IMG/VR virus record: IMGVR_UViG_3300044837_000077
Coordinates: 3,314-67,313 of that record
From: a virus
DNA length: 64,000 nt
Strand: one strand, 5' to 3'
Of this stretch, positions 9,689 to 18,535 are shown piece after piece. The notes beneath the pieces are model-generated. The model was not told the DNA's origin, searched no databases, and saw nothing but the letters and a program-made list of their open reading frames with translations. Position numbers and translations under genes: made by a program. How positions within the stretch are numbered: position 1 is the first letter of the stretch; each line of letters starts with the position of its first letter.

Positions 9689-10422
9689 TGGACTGGACTT
9701 CAAGAAAGCTCTGGGCTGGACAGACCTGCGCGGTGCTGGCGAGCGGGCCCAGCATGGCGCGCGAGATAGCTCAGGCCGTGCGCGAGAGCGGGTGCCGCGT
9801 CATCGCCGTCAACGACCAGGGAATCGACAAGAACGGCAAGCCCGCGATGGCGCCCTGGGCCGACATTCTGTATGCGTCTGACGCGACCTGGTGGCTCAAC
9901 AGTAAGCGCGATGCGCTCAAGTTCGCCGGACGCAAGGTGACCATCGCGCAGCAGAGCAACGTGAAACCCAACGTGATATCGGACGACGTCCACGTCATGG
10001 GCCATGGCGGAGTGGCCGGGTTCGACGATCGACTGACGCACCTGCGCACGGGCAGCAATTCCGGCTACGCGGCGACACACCTCGCGATACACCTCGGCGC
10101 GACGCGGATCGTTCTGTGCGGCTTTGACATGAGAGTCGTCGGCGACAAGGCGCATTGGTTTGGCGATCACCACTGGCGCGGTCCGCATCGCACCGATTAC
10201 TCGATATTCCTCTACCACTTTCGGAACGCCGCGCAGGAGTTCCTGAAACGGGCGCAAGTCATCAACGCGACGCCTGGCTCGGCGCTCAAGTGTTTCCCAT
10301 CGATGGATCTGAAGGAGGCTCTGCATGGCGTGCAAGACGTGCGCGAAAGTGAGGCGTGTGTTGCCGCCCCTGTTGAGGCGGCCGTTCGAGAGGCTGGAGC
10401 AGCGCAGGAAGCAGGACGGTGA
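9688..10422 (+). CDS. Glycosyltransferase-like Rossmann protein (GT29-like / DUF115-MptE-like)
   Basis: VLASGPS, VIAVND, NSGYAA..LA..LGA.RI.L.GFD, HWF, VINATP motifs; TGATG coupling. Confidence 0.7.
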   Translation: MDWTSRKLWAGQTCAVLASGPSMAREIAQAVRESGCRVIAVNDQGIDKNGKPAMAPWADILYASDATWWLNSKRDALKFAGRKVTIAQQSNVKPNVISDDVHVMGHGGVAGFDDRLTHLRTGSNSGYAATHLAIHLGATRIVLCGFDMRVVGDKAHWFGDHHWRGPHRTDYSIFLYHFRNAAQEFLKRAQVINATPGSALKCFPSMDLKEALHGVQDVRESEACVAAPVEAAVREAGAAQEAGR

Positions 10423-10799
10423 GCGTAATACTAGGACCCAAGGGAACTTACTCGGTCCAGGCGGGCCGGTTTCGTCATCGGGTGACGATCCAGCGAAAGA
10501 CGGTGGGCCGCGATAGCGCCGGCGGCGTGACGGAGAGTTGGACAGACTTTGCCAAGAACGTGAACGCCGCCATTGACACGGTGACGGGAAGCGAATCGAC
10601 GAGCGCGCAGCAGATTACATCGAGCGTTACCACGGAGATATCGATCCGCTGGCGACCGGGAATCACCGAGACGATGCGCGTGCTTCACGGTAGCGATACC
10701 TACAATATTGTGGGCGTGATCGCCGACAGCGAATCGGGTCGCAAGATCATCACGCTGATGTGCGTGCAAAGAAACGCGGATGGGTTCCGAGATGGCTAA
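10419..10799 (+). CDS. Head closure protein (SPP1 gp16-like)
   Basis: AGRFRHRVTIQ, D..GG..E.W, IRWRPGI...MRV, YNI. Confidence 0.9.
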   Translation: MSVILGPKGTYSVQAGRFRHRVTIQRKTVGRDSAGGVTESWTDFAKNVNAAIDTVTGSESTSAQQITSSVTTEISIRWRPGITETMRVLHGSDTYNIVGVIADSESGRKIITLMCVQRNADGFRDG

Positions 10800-11265
10800 C
10801 GACCAGGCACTCCAGGGCGTCGCTCAATTGATCGCTAAGTTACGCGATATCAAATCGCTCGACGATGGCAAAGCGCTGCGCGCCGGTGTGCGTGCCGGTA
10901 TGCGACCGGCGTTGCTCGCCGCAAGGTCCAAGATCCCTATAGCCAAGAAGCAGTACAAATTGGCCAAAACGTACGGCGGGGGTGTAGTGCAGCCGGGATA
11001 CGCGCAGAAGGCGATACGCGTCATCACGACGGTGAGCCCGGATAAGCAGCAGGCGTCCGCGTTGATGAGCGTACGTAAGGCGGCGTTCTACGCGGTTAAC
11101 TTCGTCGAGATCGGCACCAGCAAGATGGCCGCACAGCCGTGGCTTCGTCCCGCGTTCTACTCGACGCAGGATGCGCAGAAGCAGGCGCTCGCCGACAAGC
11201 TCAAAGCGTACCTCGAGAAGGTGTCGGCTAGCAGTGGCGCCGGAAATGTGAGCTCAGATCCATGA
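10792..11265 (+). CDS. HK97 gp10-family tail component
   Basis: FYAVNFVEIGTSKMAAQPWLRPA motif. Confidence 0.9.
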   Translation: MANDQALQGVAQLIAKLRDIKSLDDGKALRAGVRAGMRPALLAARSKIPIAKKQYKLAKTYGGGVVQPGYAQKAIRVITTVSPDKQQASALMSVRKAAFYAVNFVEIGTSKMAAQPWLRPAFYSTQDAQKQALADKLKAYLEKVSASSGAGNVSSDP

Positions 11266-11648
11266 TTGAGGACGCGCTCTATGGCCGGCTATCGCAGGAT
11301 GCGACCCTGACCGGGCTCATCGCTGGCCGCGTCTATCCCGTGATGGCGCCGCAGGGTGTCGCCGCGCCGTACCTCGTTTTCTTAAAAGTCGTCGAGATGG
11401 CGAGCGGGACACTGTGCGCGCAGGACCCGATGGTCCGCGACCTGTTCCAGTTCGACAGTTACGCGAAGACCTTTAGTCAGGCGCTCACCGTCGCTAAGGC
11501 GATGCGCGATTCATTGATTGATTTTCGAGGGGCGATGGACGGCATTCACGTCGCCTCGATCCGGCTGGACACGGAGATGCACGTTCTCGAGCCAGAACCG
11601 GGGCTTTTTCGAGTGTCAACGTCACTATTCATATGGCATGGAGATTAA
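11262..11648 (+). CDS. Tail terminator (DUF3168-like)
   Basis: L...IAGRVYP..APQ...PYLVF, FQFD.YA. Confidence 0.85.
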   Translation: MIEDALYGRLSQDATLTGLIAGRVYPVMAPQGVAAPYLVFLKVVEMASGTLCAQDPMVRDLFQFDSYAKTFSQALTVAKAMRDSLIDFRGAMDGIHVASIRLDTEMHVLEPEPGLFRVSTSLFIWHGD

Positions 11649-11652
11649 ATAA

Positions 11653-12090
11653 ATGAGCGAACCTGCATCGAGTTTTACCCGTATCGGCAACGAGTTCACG
11701 TTCCAAATAGGATCGGGTTCGCCGCCGTCGTTCTCTAACTTCTGCGCCGTGGTCGACACCGGATCGATCGGCGAGAGCAAGCCGCAGATTGATGTCACCT
11801 CGCTGTGCGATGACGCCCGCGTCTATCGCGCCGGCCTTGCTGACGGCGCGCAGATCACCCTGAAGTGCAACTACCTGTCAGGCGACTCTGTGATCCTATC
11901 GCTGTATCAGGCATTCAAGAATCACACCGTCGAGGTGTTTCGTCTATTGGCAGATGATACGTCGCCGCCGGAAGCGTTCGAGTTTCACGCGACGCTTCTT
12001 GGTTGGAATGTGACGACGCCGGTGGGCGCCAAGGCGGAAGTGGCCTTCGTACTGAAGATCACGGGCGATGTCACTGTACCGACGGTGTAA
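11653..12090 (+). CDS. Tail tube protein
   Basis: IDVTSL.D...Y.AGLADG, LKITG motifs; position. Confidence 0.85.
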   Translation: MSEPASSFTRIGNEFTFQIGSGSPPSFSNFCAVVDTGSIGESKPQIDVTSLCDDARVYRAGLADGAQITLKCNYLSGDSVILSLYQAFKNHTVEVFRLLADDTSPPEAFEFHATLLGWNVTTPVGAKAEVAFVLKITGDVTVPTV

Positions 12091-12120
12091 CGCTAATCAC
12101 ACTTGCGAGAGAGCACAACA

Positions 12121-12402
12121 ATGAAATTCAAACTAAAAGAAGACGTAGTGACGGTTCGTGACGAGACGATTCACATTCGTGAACTGACTCACGCCGAGCG
12201 ACTTCAGTGGGTGAAACACGCGACCGAAGATCGGTTTCGCGGTCCTGCACTGCTGATATCGCTCGGCGTCACCGATCCCGCGGTTACGGAGGACGACGCG
12301 GGAACATGGCCGGCGGACGTTGTGACGACGGTGTCGGACGCCATCATGAAAATATCCAACATGAACGCGAAGAAGGAGAACCCCGCCGAAAAACAACCCT
12401 GA
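12121..12402 (+). CDS. Tail assembly chaperone (gpG-like)
   Basis: Between tube and tape measure genes; IHIRELT..ER; ends at an A-run. Confidence 0.75.
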   Translation: MKFKLKEDVVTVRDETIHIRELTHAERLQWVKHATEDRFRGPALLISLGVTDPAVTEDDAGTWPADVVTTVSDAIMKISNMNAKKENPAEKQP

Positions 12403-12710
12403 CGCCGGCTGAACTTTTTGCGTGTCGTGTCGGACTGGCGTATGGAATTGCACCTTCGGAGGTTGCCGAGATGGGCTGTGCCGACTACGACCTGTTGCTG
12501 CGCTACTGGGCAGAGGAGCCGTGGGGTTCGTACCGTGACAACGTGCATGCCGCGATCATCGCCCGCGAGGTTCGGCGAGGGACGATCAAGGGCGCGCACG
12601 CCATCAAGGACTTCTTGTTGCAGACCGCCGAGAGAAAGGCGCAGGAGGACCGCGGCGGCTTCTTCGGGGCATTTAGGGCGATGGTAACGGGGAAGCGCAA
12701 AGATGGCTGA
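12390..12710 (+). CDS. Tail assembly chaperone frameshift extension (gpGT-like)
   Basis: Open -1 frame after GAAAAAC encoding ..LAYG..P.E..EM...EPWG..RD...AAIIA; no own RBS evident. Confidence 0.65.
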   Translation, partial: KTTLTPAELFACRVGLAYGIAPSEVAEMGCADYDLLLRYWAEEPWGSYRDNVHAAIIAREVRRGTIKGAHAIKDFLLQTAERKAQEDRGGFFGAFRAMVTGKRKDG

Positions 12711-15700
12711 TTTAAGTTCGCTTATTGTTCGGCTTGAGGCGGAAACGAGCCAGTATAACGCCGCGATTACGAAAGCCACCGAGCAGATCAGTAGTTTCTC
12801 AGACACCGTCGGCTCGTCGATTCGAGACGTCGCGAAGGATCTACTCAGCCTCGAGGCGCTCAAGCAGGTCTTCGACTTCACCGATAACATCGTCAAGTCG
12901 ATGGCGAGCTTCGAGAACCTGTCGCATGCCGTGGGCGTGACGACCGAGTCGCTGTCGCAGTTGAGTTTTGCCGCGAAACTCTCAGGCGTCGATGACATCA
13001 GCAGCGCCCTGGAGAAAATGGCGCGCTCCGCAGGCTTGGCGGAGACGGGTAATGCCAAGCTACAGGGCACGTTCGCTGCGCTGGGCGTGAGCCTCACCGA
13101 TTCGAGCGGCAAGGTAAAGTCCAGCGACCAACTGTTCCTCGATATCGCGGATGCGGTATCGAAATACAACGACGGCCTCGCGAAGACCTCCGCCGTGCAA
13201 GCGATCTTCGGCCGCAGTGGCGCGGAGTACATCGCGTTCCTCGATCAAGGCGCAGCGGCGATCAACGCAGCCAAGCTGGAGGCGATCGCCCTCGGGGTGG
13301 ATGTGTCGAGCTCGGCGGCGAAGGCGGCGGACGAGTTCGAGAAGGACATGGTGCGCATCGGCGCGGCCGGCAAGGGCGTCTTCAATAAGGCGCTGGAGGA
13401 CGTGCTGCCGCAATTCGATGCGCTCACTAAGCAGATCATCGCGTTCGCGGAAGAGACAGGCAACACGGATCTCTACGTCGAGCAGCTCGCGGCCGGCTTC
13501 AAGGTCATTGGTACCGTGTTGGTCTTCGTCGGTACGGTATTCGAGGCTGTCGGTCAGACGATCGCCTCGGTTCTATTTAGTGTCGTCAGAGAGACCACAG
13601 CTGTTGCTGATTTCCTGACGACCGTGTGGACTGATCCGATCGGCGCGATTAAGAACTATGTCGGTGCGCAGGGGGAGATTCTTAGCACCTACGCCGACGT
13701 GTTCAAAACGATCGATGCGGGTGGCAAAGCGATCGAGGCTATCTGGGACACGAAGTCGATCAACGCATGGGGAATCGCGCTCGACGGTGCGTGGGACGAC
13801 ATAAAGAAAAAGCCGGATCTCGATCTCATCGACCAGACTCAGATCAAGGCGATGGAGGCCGCGATCGACGCTCTCGCCAAGCTCGACGACACGCTCAAAC
13901 AGCAGGTCGCGACATATGGCTTAAGTGGCGCAGCGGCGACGGTCTATGACGTGACGCTCGGCAAACTGAGCGCGAGCGTCGCCGAAGTAGACAAGATGAA
14001 TCCAGTCCAGGCGCAGCAGGCGCTGGCGGCGCTTGAGAAACAGGGCAAGTTATCGGCCGCTTCGATCGACGAGATCAACGCGGCCGTCGCGGCCGGCGTG
14101 CCGATCGGCGATGCGTTCAAGAAGTCAATCATCGATGAAGCGACCGCGCTCGATCAGCTCAAGGCCGTCGACCTTTTGTCGAAGCTAGACTCCCAGCTGC
14201 TGACGATGACTGGGCACCTCGAGGAAGCAAGTAAAGCCGCGTTCGACCTCGCCAACCGTCCGCTGCAGGTCAACATCCAGACGCAGCAGGATAAAACGAC
14301 GTTCTCCGGGCTGGACAACTCGCAGGCCGCTGCCCTCGCGGTGTCGCAGCTCAACGACCTGAACGCCCAAGCGATCACGATCGAGGACGCACTGGGTAAG
14401 AAGATCGCCGACGTCGACGCGGCTGGCGCCGCAGCGGGCGAGAGCAACCTGCAAATAGCAGGTGAGGAGGCCGTCGCGCGTCAAGGCGCGATATCGCAGC
14501 TCGAGGCCCTGTACGTCAAGGCGCAGGCGCTCGCGGAGGCGACGGGTTTTGCGTCGGCGACCGAAGAAGCGAAGATGCTGCAGGGCGCGATCGGTGCGAT
14601 CCAGTTCAATCCGAAGATCGTTGATGACGTCAACGCGTTGACCGAGGCGCAGAAGAAGCTCCTCGATGTGACCGCCAAAGAGAAGGTTGCGAACGACGAT
14701 TTGGCGCAGACGATGGCCGACCTCGCCAAGCAGAACTCTCAAGGCGCGCTCACCGATCTTGACTACATGGCGAAGCAGGACGATGCGCGCCAGAAGGCGA
14801 TCGATCAGCTAACGGAACTCGAGAAAGCGGCGAAGGCCGTCAGCGACGCTAATCCTAACAACGCTGAGGATCTCGACAAATGGAAGAAACTCGGCGTTGA
14901 GATCACTAACCTACAGACGCAGATGGGTCAGCTCGCGAAGACGGTCCGCACTGACCTCACTGACGACCTGACAAGCGCCTTTGTGGACTTCGCTGATGGG
15001 ACTAAGTCAGCAAAATCGGCGCTCCAGTCTTTTGCCGCCGATTTCGAAAAACAGATGCTCACGCTCGCTGCGAAGGATCTGTTCCAGAAGCTGTTCGAGT
15101 CGACGGGTATCTCGGCCGGTATCGACTCGCTGTTTGGCGGCGCGACAAAGGCGGCGAGCGGACTAGCGGGTTCGACTGCCGCAGCGACGACGATATCGAC
15201 CGCAATGACGACGGCTGCGACGGCGGGTGCCACTGCGCTGGGTACGGGCATCACAACCGGTACGACGGCCGGCGCCACTGAGTTGGGCGCAGGCATCACG
15301 ACTGCTGCTACGGCGGCTGCAGCAGAGATGGGGACCGCAATCACGACTGCGGGTACCGCGGCTGCGGCTGAGATGGCCGCAGCAATCGCCGGTGGCTCGG
15401 CGGCTGGTTCAGGCGTCTCTGCTGGTACAGCGCTCGCGGCCTCAGCCGCAGCCGGCGGCGGCCCGATCCCGGCGAATCAGTTGACCCTAGTCGGCGAGAA
15501 GGGGCCCGAGCTCTACGTCAGCGACTTAGGCGCTCAGACGGCCGCAGCGGCGACGAAGGCCGGCACGGCCATCCCTGAGGACCTGACGCACGCGCACGTC
15601 ATCGGCGCGGACGGGCCGGAGTACATCAGGCCCAACGCCAGCGGGTTCGTCGTCCCGAGCGATGTGTTTCTGTCCGCGCTCGCCGAGCGTACGGCGCCCC

Positions 15701-17898
15701 AGGCGCCCGCGCCGCTCGCCGCGGGACCGGACGTCAGGGCAGATGTCGCTTCGCCTCAGGGAGAACGCCAAAGCGCTCCAGACGGCGGCTTTCCGACGAT
15801 ATCCGAGGTTCAGGCAACGGCGCCGGCCATCGCGCAGCCGTCTGCCGCTGCTAACCGTCCAGAATCGGCGGCGTTCCCGCCGCCCGACGCCGAGGCGGCA
15901 GCGCCGACGTCTGCGACCATCGGCCAGATTGTGCCACCGGTGCCACGATCTGACGTTGGGGCCGCGCCGACCGCCACTGACATTGAGCGTCAAGGCGCTA
16001 CTGGAGGCGTTGTCGGACCCCTGGACCAGCCGCTACGGATCGGTGAGGCAACGTCGTCGTTTCCGGATATACGCGCGCTCGCACCGGTCATCGACCTCTC
16101 GTCGCTGATCGCCGCGCGTCTGCCTGCCCAGCAGACCCGTCTGTTCTCCCCGCCGGAGACGACGGCTGCGGAGCGCTATCCGGCATCGAACGTGATCGCC
16201 TTTCCGGCGGCGGCGCAAGGCGGTCCTGTTTACGGAGGACAGACGGTCTACGTCGGTGAGCAGGGTCCAGAACTTCTGGTCAGCGACTCGGGTGGCCAGC
16301 GGGCGTCGTCGGCGACGAGCAACGGGACGCAGGTCCCGCGAGACTTTGCCAGTTCACAGCTCATTGGCGTCAACGGTCCCGCGTACCTCACGCCGGCGAC
16401 GGACGGATTCATCCTACCGACCGACGTGTTCGCGTCGCAGATACCGGCACAGCAGCAGATCGGGGGCGCATCAGCCTTTCCGAATGCCGCCAGCTATACG
16501 ATGAACATCAACGGTATCGATACGCCGATCGGGCTCACCGAAACCTTTACGACCGATGCACAGGGTGTTACGTCCATCGGCGAGAACGTGAACGCCTATG
16601 TCGGGATGATATTGCCAGCAGGCACAGTGACCGCATCTGGCGGTACGACCATCACGGCGAGCGACATCACTTACCCTCCGGGAAACCTGTCGCCAGATGA
16701 GTTTCTCGGTATCTACCAAGCCGGATCCGCTGCAGCACAACAGCAGCAGATGGGCGTTACGTTAGCGAGCTACGCCGCGGAGTTTAGCAATCCCCCTGAA
16801 AACAGCACACCGGGATCAGCAGCGGGATATTCACAGACCGGCGGTGGCAGTGTCGATAGCGGAGGATTAGCGGCGCCCGAGTCTCCGCTAGCGAGTACCG
16901 CGCAGTTCATCGGCCAACTGGAGAAGCGCGCAACTGGCGGCCCTGTCAGCGCCGGCAAGCCTTACTTGGTCGGCGAGACGGGACCCGAGTTCATTGTTCC
17001 GGCGACATCAGGGACAGTCCTTCCGGCTACGACCACGGCGGCTGCGCTTACCGCTGCAACTGCGGCGACAGTGGCAGCGACCGCTAAGGCGACCACAGAA
17101 CTTTCCAGTCCAGCGACAAAAACCGACGTGGAAAAAGCTGCGTCCGATATCAAATCGCACATGGACAAAGAGTTCAAAGCCGAAATGATCGGCTCAATTA
17201 TCGGGGCGCTCGCGCCAATGATCATAGGAGCCGTCGCGGGCAGTAGTGGCTCCAGTATCGCTTCGCTCGCGGCGGTTGCGGCGTTTGCTGATGGCGGCCC
17301 CTTTACAGGCGGAGCGCCGATCCTGGTTGGCGAGAACGGCCCTGAGCTCATCGTTCCCGATGCATCAGGTACCGTCATTCCGAACCACGCGATCTCGCAA
17401 GACTATATCCGCCAGCTATCGAACGCCACGGCGCCATCACCGCAATCAGTGACCGGGCAATCGGCCGCAGAGCGATCAAACGTGATCGCGTTCCCATCGC
17501 CCGCCACCTCCACTGCGTCGCAGCTCGACCAACCGACGTCAGCAATGATCGTCAAGATCGAGAACGTCATCAAGCAAGAGCAGCCGATGCTGAGCGCACA
17601 CGAATACGACGCGCTTCTCACCGACCGGTACTTGCAGAAGCGCGCGAGCGGCGGCCCGGTCAGCGCCGGTAAGCCTTACTTGGTCGGCGAGAACGGGCCT
17701 GAGCTGATGGTTCCAGACTCTGCCGGCACGGTGATGAACTCATGGGACGATTCGCAGAGCAACCGGTCGACGGTCGTTCATCAGTACCTGAACTTCACGG
17801 TCAACACCCCGACGGGCAAGGTGGATCGCGCCTCGCAGGGTCAGATCGCGGCCAGGACATTGATGGCGGCCCAGATGGCGGGCGGAAGAAATAACTGA
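12703..17898 (+). CDS. Tape measure protein with greatly extended C-terminus
   Basis: L.VRL.A start, Ala-rich helical body, GGPV..G..YLVGE.GPEL motif repeated five times. Confidence 0.92.
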   Translation: MADLSSLIVRLEAETSQYNAAITKATEQISSFSDTVGSSIRDVAKDLLSLEALKQVFDFTDNIVKSMASFENLSHAVGVTTESLSQLSFAAKLSGVDDISSALEKMARSAGLAETGNAKLQGTFAALGVSLTDSSGKVKSSDQLFLDIADAVSKYNDGLAKTSAVQAIFGRSGAEYIAFLDQGAAAINAAKLEAIALGVDVSSSAAKAADEFEKDMVRIGAAGKGVFNKALEDVLPQFDALTKQIIAFAEETGNTDLYVEQLAAGFKVIGTVLVFVGTVFEAVGQTIASVLFSVVRETTAVADFLTTVWTDPIGAIKNYVGAQGEILSTYADVFKTIDAGGKAIEAIWDTKSINAWGIALDGAWDDIKKKPDLDLIDQTQIKAMEAAIDALAKLDDTLKQQVATYGLSGAAATVYDVTLGKLSASVAEVDKMNPVQAQQALAALEKQGKLSAASIDEINAAVAAGVPIGDAFKKSIIDEATALDQLKAVDLLSKLDSQLLTMTGHLEEASKAAFDLANRPLQVNIQTQQDKTTFSGLDNSQAAALAVSQLNDLNAQAITIEDALGKKIADVDAAGAAAGESNLQIAGEEAVARQGAISQLEALYVKAQALAEATGFASATEEAKMLQGAIGAIQFNPKIVDDVNALTEAQKKLLDVTAKEKVANDDLAQTMADLAKQNSQGALTDLDYMAKQDDARQKAIDQLTELEKAAKAVSDANPNNAEDLDKWKKLGVEITNLQTQMGQLAKTVRTDLTDDLTSAFVDFADGTKSAKSALQSFAADFEKQMLTLAAKDLFQKLFESTGISAGIDSLFGGATKAASGLAGSTAAATTISTAMTTAATAGATALGTGITTGTTAGATELGAGITTAATAAAAEMGTAITTAGTAAAAEMAAAIAGGSAAGSGVSAGTALAASAAAGGGPIPANQLTLVGEKGPELYVSDLGAQTAAAATKAGTAIPEDLTHAHVIGADGPEYIRPNASGFVVPSDVFLSALAERTAPQAPAPLAAGPDVRADVASPQGERQSAPDGGFPTISEVQATAPAIAQPSAAANRPESAAFPPPDAEAAAPTSATIGQIVPPVPRSDVGAAPTATDIERQGATGGVVGPLDQPLRIGEATSSFPDIRALAPVIDLSSLIAARLPAQQTRLFSPPETTAAERYPASNVIAFPAAAQGGPVYGGQTVYVGEQGPELLVSDSGGQRASSATSNGTQVPRDFASSQLIGVNGPAYLTPATDGFILPTDVFASQIPAQQQIGGASAFPNAASYTMNINGIDTPIGLTETFTTDAQGVTSIGENVNAYVGMILPAGTVTASGGTTITASDITYPPGNLSPDEFLGIYQAGSAAAQQQQMGVTLASYAAEFSNPPENSTPGSAAGYSQTGGGSVDSGGLAAPESPLASTAQFIGQLEKRATGGPVSAGKPYLVGETGPEFIVPATSGTVLPATTTAAALTAATAATVAATAKATTELSSPATKTDVEKAASDIKSHMDKEFKAEMIGSIIGALAPMIIGAVAGSSGSSIASLAAVAAFADGGPFTGGAPILVGENGPELIVPDASGTVIPNHAISQDYIRQLSNATAPSPQSVTGQSAAERSNVIAFPSPATSTASQLDQPTSAMIVKIENVIKQEQPMLSAHEYDALLTDRYLQKRASGGPVSAGKPYLVGENGPELMVPDSAGTVMNSWDDSQSNRSTVVHQYLNFTVNTPTGKVDRASQGQIAARTLMAAQMAGGRNN

Positions 17899-18533
17899 TG
17901 CCGACGATCACCGCTGATACCGAGTACGCGACGTTCCCTGAGTGCCCGGGATTCGGTTTCACGGTTGAGCCCCGGTATATGACCAAGGCGATCGATGGGG
18001 AAGGGGGTCAGGAACGGATCGATCGACGGTGGGACAAGCCGCTCTCATTTTTCACGGCCGTTCCAACGGGAAATCGCGACGCCGATGTGGTTCAGAACCT
18101 ACTCAACTTCTGGCATGCCGTGGGAGGGACGAGCAATCGTTTCCGGTTCAAGGATTGGACTGATTACAAGAGTTGCAAGACCAATCAGACGCCTACGGCG
18201 ATAGATCAGCCATTCGAGGTGGTCGTCGGTAGTGGGTACCAGATGATTAAACAGTACGTCGCGGGACTGAGGACGCAGAATCGTGAGATCTATCGTCCCG
18301 TCGGTTCCACTATCGTTGTGGCGAATACGCTTGGCGCGACGCAGACAGACTGGATACTCGACGAATCGACAGGGATTCTGACGCCAGGTGTCGGGTTTGT
18401 CGGCACCCCTGGGTCATGGGGTGGTGAGTTCGACCTTCCCTGCAGGTTTCTCACGGACTATTCGCTCACTGTCGAGGACGGCGTCGATATTCAGAGCGGA
18501 TCGTTCACCTTGCGTGAATGTAGGCCGAATTAA
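17898..18533 (+). CDS. Distal tail protein, DUF2460-like (Dit copy 1)
   Basis: FP, G.E.R...W, FRFKDWTDY, QMIKQY, REI.RPV, GGEFDLPCRF; follows tape measure gene as in GTA-like tails. Confidence 0.88.
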   Translation: MPTITADTEYATFPECPGFGFTVEPRYMTKAIDGEGGQERIDRRWDKPLSFFTAVPTGNRDADVVQNLLNFWHAVGGTSNRFRFKDWTDYKSCKTNQTPTAIDQPFEVVVGSGYQMIKQYVAGLRTQNREIYRPVGSTIVVANTLGATQTDWILDESTGILTPGVGFVGTPGSWGGEFDLPCRFLTDYSLTVEDGVDIQSGSFTLRECRPN

Positions 18534-18535
18534 AA

